From Minisyncoccota bacterium (GTDB taxonomy: Bacteria > Patescibacteriota > Minisyncoccia > Phycocordibacterales > UBA5272), in contig JBAZJW010000001.1 of assembly GCA_041651055.1 (NCBI GenBank), positions 472,506 to 536,505 of the forward strand: a stretch of 64,000 bases of DNA, in the 5' to 3' direction. Both the position numbers and the translations under genes were made by a program. The notes under the pieces were generated by a model. It saw nothing but the letters and a program-made list of their open reading frames with translations. It did not search any database and was not told where the DNA came from. Below, in pieces: positions 19,021 to 29,224 of this stretch. The first letter of the stretch is position 1. The number at the start of each line of letters is the position of its first letter.

Positions 19021-19082
19021 AGGGGTAGTAATTAGTTAATAGTAATTAGTAATTCGTTAATACAAATACACGCGATGCAATA

Positions 19083-19265
19083 CTAGCGGACGAGAAGCTT
19101 TGTAAGCGCTTCACGGAGACCGAAGTCTGTTCCACCAAGCAACGCAGCCACTATCACAGAGAGCGCAATAACGGCTAACGTGTACGTAATAGTCTGTGTA
19201 GCACTTGGAAATGTTACTTCTTTGAGCTCCGCTTTTGTTTCTTTGAGGTATTGGAAAAGATTCAT
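19083..19265 (-). CDS. secE: Preprotein translocase subunit SecE
   Basis: 60 aa with a single C-terminal TM. Lies upstream of nusG. Confidence 0.7.
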   Translation of the reverse strand: MNLFQYLKETKAELKEVTFPSATQTITYTLAVIALSVIVAALLGGTDFGLREALTKLLVR

Positions 19266-19354
19266 AATAGTGTGATAAGACGTTTATTCTAAAAAACGCC
19301 CCCGTGGGCATTTATAGGTACAATGATACCAAACCAATTGCCACTTGTCAATCA

Positions 19355-19384
19355 AAAAACCAGTCCCCTTATGGACTGGTTTTT
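19355..19384 (-). terminator. Intrinsic terminator downstream of the SIMPL gene
   Basis: aaaaaccagtcc-cctta-tggactggttttt. Confidence 0.6.
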
Positions 19385-19402
19385 GTTGCACGAGTGGTAA
19401 TT

Positions 19403-20230
19403 CTACTTTAGAGAATACGTAACTGTTACACTTGATTTAATAACACTTTCTCCTTGTGGAAGACTAACGCTCATAGGACTTTTTGATGAAACCATATCCA
19501 TTCTCGCGTATGTAGAGTAGTTACCGTTATCGCTAAACTGTGTAACTTCACCGAGATGAGCACCAAGAGCTTTTGCTGTAGCTTCGGCTTTTACCTTTGC
19601 TTGTGCGATAGCCTTTGCTTTTGCTTCCGCCTCTGCAGCATCCATATTGTCCACCGTAAATTCTGGGCCAGAAATTTCTGTAACATTTACACCGCCAAGA
19701 GCGCCGACAACGGCACCGGCTTGGTCAATTTTTCTCACTTTGATTTGTATAACTTCTGCGACCTCGTAGCCAACAACAACGGTACGCCCTTGTGGACAAG
19801 GAATCGTAATACAATAAATCTGAGCTGTCTCATATTTTGGATTAACAGTATATGAAAGTGTTTTTGTATCCTTCTTGTCAACAGAAAGCGCTGAAACAGC
19901 CGCGAGAACTGCTGACATTTTCGTCTCTGCAATTTTCTGAGCTTCAGGAACAGTCTTGGCAGATTCACGAACAGTAAAAGTAACCGTAGCGATATCTGGT
20001 AACGCTGTTACCTCCCCTTCACCTAAAACGGTAATCGTTGGAACTGTCCCGTTCGGATAGTTAACTAATTTCAAACTACTGATTCCTGTAGCAAGAGACA
20101 CGAAAGCGATGCCGATAAGTGCGACACCTCCTGCAATCCATGTATATTTTTTGTAATCGAATGATTCCATATAGTGTGTGTGATTAATGATGATAATTAG
20201 CCTACTTTCACAGGGCAAAGATTGTTTCAA
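19403..20230 (-). CDS. SIMPL/DUF541-domain periplasmic protein
   Basis: N-terminal TM anchor. ITVLGEGEV...PD.A.V.F.V pattern typical of DUF541. Confidence 0.55.
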   Translation of the reverse strand: MKQSLPCESRLIIIINHTHYMESFDYKKYTWIAGGVALIGIAFVSLATGISSLKLVNYPNGTVPTITVLGEGEVTALPDIATVTFTVRESAKTVPEAQKIAETKMSAVLAAVSALSVDKKDTKTLSYTVNPKYETAQIYCITIPCPQGRTVVVGYEVAEVIQIKVRKIDQAGAVVGALGGVNVTEISGPEFTVDNMDAAEAEAKAKAIAQAKVKAEATAKALGAHLGEVTQFSDNGNYSTYARMDMVSSKSPMSVSLPQGESVIKSSVTVTYSLK

Positions 20231-20254
20231 TTACGCGAAGATGGATGTTTTTTC

Positions 20255-20440
20255 GAGGAAGATGTACATATCGTACATTGACCGAGAAAAAGCGTTCATC
20301 GACAAAGTAAGTGGAACAATATATGCCTTGTGACTAAATTCTGAGCCAGAAATTGCTTTAGATGCAAGGCGTCAGAGATTTTTATGACCAAGATGTACGA
20401 ATAGTACTTCGCGGGAATAAAAATCTCTGGCAACGAAGCA
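20255..20440 (-). promoter_or_regulatory. Leader of the SIMPL gene with two copies of the ATGTAC-N5-GTACAT motif
   Basis: atgtacatatcgtacat (20261-20277). atgtacgaatagtac (20393-20407) enclosed by the cagagattttt / aaaaatctctg stem. Confidence 0.5.
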
Positions 20441-20458
20441 GATGAAGTAATTTATGGC

Positions 20459-21250
20459 TTAGAAACGAGCGTTGGAGTACATATAGCCCAGTAAGAGAAG
20501 TATAACAACTAACATCGCAGCCGCAAGCGCTATTATTTTCTCATCTTTTCCTGTCAGCGGCGTCTTGGCAATACGCACGTTATCAATAACGATATGCTTC
20601 TCGATAATCTTTTCCTTTTCCACAACCTTCACAGCTTCCTTTACATCTTTTCCTTCTTCGACTTTTGGCGTTGGCATGATTTCTCCAAAAAAGATATCTT
20701 TATATCTCGAGAATGGCCACACGGACTCAGTGCTTTCGAAAGGACGAAGAGGAAGGTTATGAGGAATTTCAGCCTCTACTTTCTGTAGAGATTTTTCTTT
20801 CGCCGCAATATACTCGACAGGCTCAATGAGTGATTGAGGTTCGCTCACTTTAATCTCCGCCACTTCATACTTCGTTATTTCGGGAACCACTTCAGGAACT
20901 ACCACTGTGGCCTCTGCGGGAATAGGTAACACCTCTTCTGCTGCCGGACCCTCAACTGACTCTATAACCGGCTCCACAGGTAGCTCTTCTTGTGGATTAT
21001 GTTCAAGAAGTTCATGTGTTTCGTCGATCATTTCCGGAAGTACATGCGATGCTTCTGTAGGAACGAGAAGTACTTCTGGTTTTTCAGCGCTGAGAGACTT
21101 CCCTTTTCCACGGAAAAGAACCACTGCGTCAGCAATGGTTCTTTCGTCCCACCCTCCTGCAGTGAGCAGTGTTGTAAGCATCGCCTCATCTAATTGTGGA
21201 TGACGTGCTTCGAGTGTGTTAAGGATGGTTTCTACCTCACGTAAGGTCAT
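20459..21250 (-). CDS. Hypothetical E/P-rich protein with C-terminal TM
   Basis: 263-aa ORF. Its start overlaps the upstream gene's stop (TAATG). Confidence 0.5.
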   Translation of the reverse strand: MTLREVETILNTLEARHPQLDEAMLTTLLTAGGWDERTIADAVVLFRGKGKSLSAEKPEVLLVPTEASHVLPEMIDETHELLEHNPQEELPVEPVIESVEGPAAEEVLPIPAEATVVVPEVVPEITKYEVAEIKVSEPQSLIEPVEYIAAKEKSLQKVEAEIPHNLPLRPFESTESVWPFSRYKDIFFGEIMPTPKVEEGKDVKEAVKVVEKEKIIEKHIVIDNVRIAKTPLTGKDEKIIALAAAMLVVILLLLGYMYSNARF

Positions 21251-23265
21251 TATTTTTTAACAGCTGGAGCTGCTGTCGGCTGTACAGATGTAAGAAACTT
21301 CTGTAGATCAGCATTTCCAGGATTACGTCTGAGCAATTCTTCACCGATAGTCTTTGCTAAATCCGGGCGACCTCCATCACGAAGTGAGAGTGCAAGGAAG
21401 TACGCAACATTAGCGTTATTTGGATCCTTCTCAAGCGCTGTCTTAAGAGCAGTTACTGCATTTTGATAATCTTTCTTTCCGTAGAAAAGAAGGCCGGCCT
21501 GAATGTACGTAAGAGGATCATTCGGAGCATTCTTCACTGCTTCGATAGCATATGCGAGTGCTTCGTTTCCTTTACTTTCTGAAGCCTCAAGCTGGCTCAT
21601 GAGATAGAGGGCATCTGCAAAATTCTGCTTCTTCTTAAGTGCTTCGGTAAGCTGTGCTCGCACACCTTCTTTTGTTCCAGCTGATGCTTCAAGTCGGGCA
21701 AGCATCACATAGAGGTAAGGATTTTCTGGGTAGAGTTTAATAGCTTCCTGATATGACTTCTTCGCGCGATCGTACCCCCCTTCTTTATCAAAAGGAACAG
21801 CGAGTTCGTATGCTCGTCCAAGTGACACGTAGTTCTGGTAATTATCGGAGTTTGCCTTCACTGCTGCGAGACCTGCATCAACAGCTATTGCTGCAGTTTT
21901 CAAATACTCAGTCTTAAGAGCTTCCTGATCAAGTGCTGCACTTGAAACAAGTGCTCGGTTAGAAGCGATGGCAACCTCAACCTGTGTTCGGTAGAACCCA
22001 TCAAATCCGTACAAAGAAATAGCCTTTGCAAGAAGAGGAGAAACATCCTGTGTTTGTGCTAATGATTGCGCCTTACTAAAGAGAGCGAAAGCACGAGTTC
22101 TTTGCACAAGCATGACCGCATTGACCGCGAGCAAGACTGCGAGAGGAATGAGGAGAATTGCAAGCTTCTTACTTGGGTGGTATTCCGTAAGTTTTGCCTT
22201 TGCAAGGCCTAAGCCCCCAACGCTCACCCACACGACAAGCATTGCAAAGGAAAGAGGAACCGTAAAAGCAACGAGCACAAAGTAAAGCAAGATAAGGGAA
22301 AGTAGTCCTAGAATGGTACGATCATTGCCTTGGCCCGCCTGTCTATAACTAATAAATGTACTGTAAAGCGCTGATAGCATGAGCATCAAGAATGCAAGAA
22401 CCCCAAGAATTCCAATAGTTACAAAAAGAGTACTCACCGTATCTGATCCTTGTGTAAAGTCATAACCAAAGTATGGAGAAGCAATGACACTTTCTGGGCG
22501 ATACAACTGCCATGCACGACTAAAATTTCCAGCCCCTATACCAAAGACACCGTCGTGAAGCAAGACACTCTTTCCAACAGAGACTGTACTTGAAAGGTTC
22601 GGACGAACATTCTCTTGTGACGAAAGCGCAACAGCCCATGCTACGAAAAATACTGCGGTAATAATAACTGCAGTCTTGTATGTTTTTGAAACCTTAAGCT
22701 TTTGAACAAAAAAGAAACAAGCAAGAGCGAAGAGCCCTAGGTATGCAGCAAACGAAACTGAGTTTGAAAACCCTAAGAAAAGCTGCTTAACGGTCTCAAC
22801 AAGTGAGCCACTAAACATAAGAGCAGACACGAACACAAAAGCAGAAATACTTAACACAATAAGTAGTATGTACTTGAGTTTCTGTCGTAATGCTTCAGGT
22901 AGTGTACGAACAAGGTACATGACAACAGGAAGAGAGAGAAGTGACACCGCAGAGAGAGTGTTGAAAGCATCCCCAAAGAGGGCGACTCGTGGATCTTTTG
23001 CAAACAAAACAGATCCCAGAAGCGCAAGTGTGAACGCAAAGTATGAAAGAAACTCCAACTTCGAAACACTGTGCCACGACCGCGTAATTACCGCAGAAAC
23101 AACATATGACACAAGTGCCACTGCCACGAGAATCATCATGGTGATGTAATAGGTTGTTTCTGGTGTGAACCCTGTTCCTGGAATAAAGAAAAGTGGTGAC
23201 CCTACAACAATAAACATTGTCGCGTACTGATAAAGTCGAGAGAAGAACGATGCTAATAGTTTCAT
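21250..23265 (-). CDS. O-antigen-ligase-like polytopic membrane protein with C-terminal TPR repeats
   Basis: ~12 TM helices followed by repeated TPR-like A.AY...G...A motifs. Confidence 0.55.
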   Translation of the reverse strand: MKLLASFFSRLYQYATMFIVVGSPLFFIPGTGFTPETTYYITMMILVAVALVSYVVSAVITRSWHSVSKLEFLSYFAFTLALLGSVLFAKDPRVALFGDAFNTLSAVSLLSLPVVMYLVRTLPEALRQKLKYILLIVLSISAFVFVSALMFSGSLVETVKQLFLGFSNSVSFAAYLGLFALACFFFVQKLKVSKTYKTAVIITAVFFVAWAVALSSQENVRPNLSSTVSVGKSVLLHDGVFGIGAGNFSRAWQLYRPESVIASPYFGYDFTQGSDTVSTLFVTIGILGVLAFLMLMLSALYSTFISYRQAGQGNDRTILGLLSLILLYFVLVAFTVPLSFAMLVVWVSVGGLGLAKAKLTEYHPSKKLAILLIPLAVLLAVNAVMLVQRTRAFALFSKAQSLAQTQDVSPLLAKAISLYGFDGFYRTQVEVAIASNRALVSSAALDQEALKTEYLKTAAIAVDAGLAAVKANSDNYQNYVSLGRAYELAVPFDKEGGYDRAKKSYQEAIKLYPENPYLYVMLARLEASAGTKEGVRAQLTEALKKKQNFADALYLMSQLEASESKGNEALAYAIEAVKNAPNDPLTYIQAGLLFYGKKDYQNAVTALKTALEKDPNNANVAYFLALSLRDGGRPDLAKTIGEELLRRNPGNADLQKFLTSVQPTAAPAVKK

Positions 23266-23571
23266 AAATACTTTGTGTTATTAATAAATAAATTGATATT
23301 GTATCACTACAGTATATCTTGCATCTATCTCTCGTCACTGTGGACAGATATATGTGAACAACATACAAAAAACAAGCTATACTGTTATGAGTTATGGACA
23401 CCACTACCAACGAACAAACACCTTCTCTCTCGAGGGCTCCTGTACAAGAGATTGCGGTCACAAAAGAAGTAAACATCTACCCTGTTATGCGCACGATTTT
23501 ACTTGTTGTATTTCTTGTGCTCGTTGTATGTGTCGCACTTTTCGTAATCTACCACAACGGTAAAAGTATTT

Positions 23572-25140
23572 ATGAACGTGGTATCTAATATTCTTTCTGG
23601 TGTTCCACCTCTTTTCTCCTCTCTTGCAAACACCCTTTCTGGTGAAATAGACTGCTCACAGCAAACACTACAATCCCATAGCGTAGATGGATCCCCTTTG
23701 ATCATTCGTCCCCAGGCTGTCATTTATCCAAAGCACGCGGGCGACATCAAGCAAGCCATTTCTTTTGCAAAAGAATATAATATGCCACTTACGGTGTGTG
23801 GAAATGGTAAAGCTCATACAGGAGGAGCTCTTGGCGAAGGAATTATTCTTAACATGACGAGACATTTTACACACATTCGTCAGGTTAATATGATGGAGCA
23901 TACGATAACCGTCGACGCAGGAGTTACCATAAAAACCCTTCGTGAAAAACTTCGTGGTTGGCATATGGAAATACCGATACTCACATCAGCGGACAACGAC
24001 ACAACTATCGGGGCACTCGTTGCAACTAAAAGTGCAAGCCCTTCAACGTTCCATCATGGAACCATTCGCGAATGGACAGAGGCATTAACTGTTGTCGTAG
24101 ACACAGGAGAAGAACATCGCATTGCAGATGGCATCACACCAAGTGGTCGCCTTCTTGGTATTTACCAAACCATTTTCCCACTCCTAACAGAAAACGGGCC
24201 AACACTTCGTGCATCAAAACCTGAGACGAGAGACGATGCGACGGGATACTGTGTATGGAACACTTCTATTGGACCACGACAGCTCATCGATGAACTCGTC
24301 GGAGGAGAGGGTACGCTTGGCATTATTACTTCTGTCACTCTTAGACTTGTTCCTCTCAAACCACATGCACATACAACATGTATATCAATGCAGGATACAT
24401 CGCTTCTTGTATCATTACTCGAAATAGCTAAGCACCACAAAGCAGAGCATATATTTTTATGTGATGAAACATATAGCAATCTTACAAATCGCTATCATCC
24501 AGGACTTATCAAGGAAACAGGTCGCAGTATGTACACACTCTTTGTAACACACTTCGATACCGACAAAGAAAGACTGCACGACACCGTGAGAACCTTCACC
24601 CGTGCACTTCCAGACCCCTCTTTGTCTTTATTTTTTTATGAGGACACATCCTTCATAGAACGTATCACGGAGGGGGGATTTCTTCTTTCTCTTTGCAATG
24701 CTTACACTGGGGGAGCTCATATACCGAGCACGTTTGGTGACGGCATTATCGTGCCTCTTATGCATTATGCCAAGATGCTGAATGATCTCGATACCTACCT
24801 TGCTTCAACAGGGAAACTCTACACAATATCAGGAAATGCGGGGAGTGGGCATATTTCGGTAGTCACTCTCTTTGACCAAAAGGCACCGTCGTACACCCAC
24901 GACCTTGATAGATACATGCAGTCTCTTTCTGCAATTGTAGAAAAACATAAAGGAGGACTAAGTGCAGTAAGTGGTGACGGACTTATGCGAACCCCTTTTC
25001 TGTCATATATCTACAACGAAGCCACACGTGAAGTATTTCGCAAAACAAAAGAAGCGTGGGATCCGAAAGGAATACTTGGTCCTGGTAAAAAAACTGGGAG
25101 CACTACAGACTTTTTATATAAACATCTTTCACACAAATAA
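23572..25140 (+). CDS. FAD-binding (PCMH-type) oxidoreductase
   Basis: N-terminal FAD-binding block LTVCGNGKAHTGGALGEGIILNM. 522 aa. Confidence 0.65.
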   Translation: MNVVSNILSGVPPLFSSLANTLSGEIDCSQQTLQSHSVDGSPLIIRPQAVIYPKHAGDIKQAISFAKEYNMPLTVCGNGKAHTGGALGEGIILNMTRHFTHIRQVNMMEHTITVDAGVTIKTLREKLRGWHMEIPILTSADNDTTIGALVATKSASPSTFHHGTIREWTEALTVVVDTGEEHRIADGITPSGRLLGIYQTIFPLLTENGPTLRASKPETRDDATGYCVWNTSIGPRQLIDELVGGEGTLGIITSVTLRLVPLKPHAHTTCISMQDTSLLVSLLEIAKHHKAEHIFLCDETYSNLTNRYHPGLIKETGRSMYTLFVTHFDTDKERLHDTVRTFTRALPDPSLSLFFYEDTSFIERITEGGFLLSLCNAYTGGAHIPSTFGDGIIVPLMHYAKMLNDLDTYLASTGKLYTISGNAGSGHISVVTLFDQKAPSYTHDLDRYMQSLSAIVEKHKGGLSAVSGDGLMRTPFLSYIYNEATREVFRKTKEAWDPKGILGPGKKTGSTTDFLYKHLSHK

Positions 25141-25141
25141 A

Positions 25142-25546
25142 TTAATGCTTCTTCTCAAGTAGATGCTGTATCTGATCGCGAGGGTCATAACTCGCACGAA
25201 CAACTTCACGAGCCCATACACGAAACTCTTTGCCCCATTCACCTTTAACACGAAATCCGATAGCAATAACCACGTCTGAGTTATAGACATATACCTTTCT
25301 TTCTACTTTTTTTGTACCCTCTTTTTGAGTAATCATAAGAGCTCTCTCACTTGCCGCTTTCATTAATTCTCGTTCACGATATATTTTTTTCAAATGATCG
25401 TTGATGGTTGGAATACTTCTGCCATAAATACGAGCAATACGTTTTTGCGTACTCCACACTTCGTCATCAACAATAAAAACCCCTTCTTTAACGAGCTTAG
25501 GGTACTGATCCATATGGACGCGAGGAATATCCTCATTGTTTTTCAT
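25142..25546 (-). CDS. RhuM-family protein (virulence-associated, DNA-binding)
   Basis: C-terminal IAIGFRVKGEWGKEFRVWA matches the RhuM core (SVGYRVKS..G.QFRIWAT). Confidence 0.5.
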   Translation of the reverse strand: MKNNEDIPRVHMDQYPKLVKEGVFIVDDEVWSTQKRIARIYGRSIPTINDHLKKIYRERELMKAASERALMITQKEGTKKVERKVYVYNSDVVIAIGFRVKGEWGKEFRVWAREVVRASYDPRDQIQHLLEKKH

Positions 25547-25561
25547 ATAAAAAGTATACCA

Positions 25562-27394
25562 CTACAGCGCCCGTAGTGCATTTAGAATCACGAGCACATC
25601 AATACCTTCCTGAAGAATAGCTCCCTCTACGGGAGGCAAATATCCGAAGAGAGCTGCTGTCATCGCCATCACACTTAAACCCATACCGAAAAACATTGAC
25701 TGCTTGGCGATACGCACGGTGTGCTTACTTATTTTGAGCAAGTACACAATCCTTTCCAAATCATCAACCATAATTACCGCATCTGCGATATCCGTAGAAG
25801 CTGTCGCCCCGTGCGAACCAAGAGCAACCCCAAGCGACGCTGCTGCCAACGAGGGTGCATCGTTCACACCATCCCCAATCATAGCAACAGGCATACCTTC
25901 ACGTTCGTACGCTTGTATCAAATCAACTTTATCTTTAGGAAGACAGTTTGCTTTAATCGTAACAAAACCAAGAGATGATCCAACCTCTCTCGCGCGCACT
26001 TCGCCATCCCCTGTAATGAGAACAAGATCCACACCCTCCTGTAAAGCACGAACTTCATCAAGTGTTTCTTTCGCATGTTTCCGCACCGTATCTGAGAAGA
26101 CAATACTTCCGAGAAGCGTTTTCTCTTCCGCAAGGTATACCGTTGGTTTTGCTTTTACATCGTCTTTTCCTATTTCCTCACCTGAAAAAGAAACACCAAA
26201 GGTTTTTAAATATGAAAGCTTTCCAATATGGAACCTTCTTCCTTCAAGCGTCCCACTAATCCCTTCCCCGGTTGTCTCTGTGACAGAAGTCGGTGTAAAG
26301 AGAACAACTTTTTCCGCCTGGGCCTTACTCACAATACCTTGTGCGAAAACATGAACAGACACTTGTTCGAGTGACGCAGCATACTTAATGACATCATTTT
26401 GTGAAAAAGATTCCGTGTGTGTTTTCACCAAAGATACCTGTGGTAAACCAAGTGTCAGTGTTCCCGTTTTATCAAAAAAGAAAGCTTTCACATTAAGAAT
26501 GGCTTCAAAAACCCCTCCATGTTTTACAATAATCCCCTTCTTTGCCGACTTACTCATGCCAGCAATAAATGCTATCGGTGCTGCAAGAATAAGCGGACAC
26601 GGCGTCGCAACAACAAGTACTGCAGTTGCCAAATGTGGATCTTTAAGAAAGGCAACACCGGCAATACTAAATGTAAACAAGGTAAAGTACAAACTGTACT
26701 TATCTGCAAGACGTACCGTTGGTGCCTTTTCTTTTTCTGCCTGTTCGACGAGGTGCACAATGCCAGAAAAAACACTCTTATCATACGTCGCTGTTGCTTC
26801 TATAGTAAAAAAATCTCCAGAGTTTGTTGTGCCGCTCACAACAGTATCTCCGACAGCAATGTCTCGAGGGATTGGTTCGCCGGTAATTACAGATTCGTCG
26901 ACACTCGAAGTGCCTTCATAGACAGTACCGTCAACAGGGATAACCTCCCCTTTCTTTATACCCAAAACATCTCTAACTTTCACCTCATTAATAGAAACTG
27001 TTTGAAAAAGACCATTCTTGTAGAGAGACGCCACAACAGGAACTCTTTGCAAAAGTTTTTCAAGAGAACTTCTTGCTCTATTTTCTGCAAATCGTTCGAG
27101 CGATTCACCTCCGGAGAGCATTAACAAAACAATCCCGGCCGCAAGTGTTTCTCCTGTACTAAGCGCTGCAATAATTGCCACAATAGCGATGACATCGACT
27201 CCAAAAACCCCTCGCCGTAATGACGAAACAATACCAAAAACAAGTGGAAGAGAACCGACAATCACCGTGCCGTAAAGAATGGTGTACCACAAAGCTTTAT
27301 CTGCTGGAGAAAAAAACAAACCAGAGAGAAGTACGAAGGCTATACCAAGAGCCACAACGAGATCCACATTAAGATATGTTTTAATCATTGTCAT
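25562..27394 (-). CDS. P-type cation-transporting ATPase (P1B-like, no N-terminal metal-binding domain)
   Basis: DKTGTLT phosphorylation motif, GDGVNDAPSL hinge and a TPCP motif in a TM helix. Confidence 0.85.
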   Translation of the reverse strand: MTMIKTYLNVDLVVALGIAFVLLSGLFFSPADKALWYTILYGTVIVGSLPLVFGIVSSLRRGVFGVDVIAIVAIIAALSTGETLAAGIVLLMLSGGESLERFAENRARSSLEKLLQRVPVVASLYKNGLFQTVSINEVKVRDVLGIKKGEVIPVDGTVYEGTSSVDESVITGEPIPRDIAVGDTVVSGTTNSGDFFTIEATATYDKSVFSGIVHLVEQAEKEKAPTVRLADKYSLYFTLFTFSIAGVAFLKDPHLATAVLVVATPCPLILAAPIAFIAGMSKSAKKGIIVKHGGVFEAILNVKAFFFDKTGTLTLGLPQVSLVKTHTESFSQNDVIKYAASLEQVSVHVFAQGIVSKAQAEKVVLFTPTSVTETTGEGISGTLEGRRFHIGKLSYLKTFGVSFSGEEIGKDDVKAKPTVYLAEEKTLLGSIVFSDTVRKHAKETLDEVRALQEGVDLVLITGDGEVRAREVGSSLGFVTIKANCLPKDKVDLIQAYEREGMPVAMIGDGVNDAPSLAAASLGVALGSHGATASTDIADAVIMVDDLERIVYLLKISKHTVRIAKQSMFFGMGLSVMAMTAALFGYLPPVEGAILQEGIDVLVILNALRAL

Positions 27395-27439
27395 AGTGTG
27401 TAGGTTTTATACATACCTGTGGCATGTGCTTGTAGAGAA

Positions 27440-28411
27440 TTATACCGTTACTTCATTTAATCCTTTTCCTTTTTCAAAAAAATGAATAACGTTTTCCGCC
27501 ACGCTCTCCGACATCTTTTGTCTCACACTATCTCGTGATGATGCAATATGTGGTGTCAGAACAACATTTGGAAGTGCGAGCAATTCACGCGACACCGAAG
27601 GCTCGAATTCGTACACATCGAGTCCGGCACCTTTGATGAGCCCTCCTGTAAGTGCGATGATGAGAGCCCCTTCGTCAACCACTGGTCCACGGGACGTGTT
27701 GATGAGGAATGCACTTTTTTTCATCTGCAATAACGCATCTTTATCAATTAAATGTTTCGTTGAAGGAAGGAGTGGTACGTGAAGAGAAATAATATCACTT
27801 GTTTGTAGCAATGTTTCCTTGTCGACATAGGTTGCTCCATATTTTTCTTCGATGACACTATTTCGAGCAACATCACTATAGATAATCGGACAATTAAAAC
27901 CACCGTGCACTATCGCTGCCACCTCTTGACCAATAGCTCCTCCTCCAAAAAGTCCTATCGTTTTCCCTGTAAGGTCGGTACCGTTGAAAAGATATGGTGA
28001 CCAGCCTTTGTATTTGTCTGCTCTCATAAAAAGATCACCTTCTATTGTTCGTGTGGTGAGCGATAGCATGAGAGCGACAGCGTGTTCGGCGACAGCACGA
28101 GACGATGTTCCGGGGGTGTTCGTTACGACAACATTTCTCTTCTTTGCCTCTTCAATATTAATGTTGTTGTAGCCGACGGAGTACTGAGCAAAGATTTTTG
28201 CTGTCGGACAAGCATCAAACAGCGCAGCATCAACCTCATCCGTAAGAAAACAAATAACCGCATCATATGGTTTTTGAGAAAGCGCGTGGACGAGTTCTTT
28301 GTGTGTAGGCGCTTCTTCTTTTTCACCAACATCTACCGTATATCCTTTTTCTTTAAGCAGTGCGACACCATTTTCTGGAATGCGGCGTGTTATATAAATG
28401 AGTTTTGACAT
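27440..28411 (-). CDS. D-isomer-specific 2-hydroxyacid dehydrogenase (glycerate/hydroxypyruvate reductase-like)
   Basis: NAD-binding GLFGGGAIGQEVA. Catalytic R/E/H framework typical of the family. Confidence 0.8.
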   Translation of the reverse strand: MSKLIYITRRIPENGVALLKEKGYTVDVGEKEEAPTHKELVHALSQKPYDAVICFLTDEVDAALFDACPTAKIFAQYSVGYNNINIEEAKKRNVVVTNTPGTSSRAVAEHAVALMLSLTTRTIEGDLFMRADKYKGWSPYLFNGTDLTGKTIGLFGGGAIGQEVAAIVHGGFNCPIIYSDVARNSVIEEKYGATYVDKETLLQTSDIISLHVPLLPSTKHLIDKDALLQMKKSAFLINTSRGPVVDEGALIIALTGGLIKGAGLDVYEFEPSVSRELLALPNVVLTPHIASSRDSVRQKMSESVAENVIHFFEKGKGLNEVTV

Positions 28412-28420
28412 AGCGTTAAA

Positions 28421-29206
28421 TTAGAGAACTTTATGAGCCTCTGCATTAGAAATAATTCTATCCATCATCTCTACGGTCTCGATAGGATGTTCTCCTTCAG
28501 TAGTTTCTTCGGACAACATCACTGCACTCGCTCCACCTGTAACGGCGAATGCTACATCAGTTACCTCCGCTCGTGTCGGTCTTTTTGCGTGCACCATAGA
28601 AAGAAGCATTTCGGTTGCAACAATAACAAATTTATTCTTCTTTATGCATGATGATAGTATTCTTCGTTCAAGGAACGGCACCTCTTCTATTGGAAATGCC
28701 TGACCGAGATCACCGCGCGCAATCATGACTGCATCTGCTGCATCAATAATTGCTTCAATATCTTCCACTGCCTCGACCCTCTCGATCTTAGCAATGATAG
28801 GAATGTGCGCTCCGAGCTTTTCAATGTGTGAACGAAGAAGCGTCACATCCTCTGCTTTTCCTACATAGGAAAGGGCAATGTAGTCAACAGCGTGTGCAAC
28901 ACCAAATGTGAGGTCATCTAAATCTTTCTCAGTAAGAACACTCTCTCTATCACCATTAAAATGATGTCCACCTTCTTCTTGTGTTCGAGGACCAGACAAA
29001 TCCTGTATGATAGAGATTGTTTTTCCATGCTCAACACTAATTCTTCTTACCGTTTCAATATAGTGCTCCATGTCATCATGCGTACCCCATGAAAAGTTGA
29101 GTCGCACCATATCAAGATGTGGGAGCATTGCCACAAGAACTTCTTCCGCCCGAGTAGCGGGACCCAGTGTTGCAATTATTTTTGTTTTTCTTTCTGTGTG
29201 TTCCAT
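28421..29206 (-). CDS. pyk: Pyruvate kinase, minimal (barrel domain only)
   Basis: KIIATLGPA N-terminus, MIARGDLG and VATEMLLSM blocks. Only 261 aa, so the lid (B) and C-terminal domains appear absent. Confidence 0.65.
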   Translation of the reverse strand: MEHTERKTKIIATLGPATRAEEVLVAMLPHLDMVRLNFSWGTHDDMEHYIETVRRISVEHGKTISIIQDLSGPRTQEEGGHHFNGDRESVLTEKDLDDLTFGVAHAVDYIALSYVGKAEDVTLLRSHIEKLGAHIPIIAKIERVEAVEDIEAIIDAADAVMIARGDLGQAFPIEEVPFLERRILSSCIKKNKFVIVATEMLLSMVHAKRPTRAEVTDVAFAVTGGASAVMLSEETTEGEHPIETVEMMDRIISNAEAHKVL

Positions 29207-29224
29207 ACGTAGTAATAAGTGGTA

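Noticed and set aside
23394-23588. 64-aa membrane-like ORF upstream of and overlapping the FAD oxidase start
   Set aside because: Weak start context and overlap with the oxidase start. It could be real but is unsupported.
25704-26354. 216-aa plus-strand ORF antisense to the P-type ATPase
   Set aside because: Antisense shadow ORF of a strongly supported gene.
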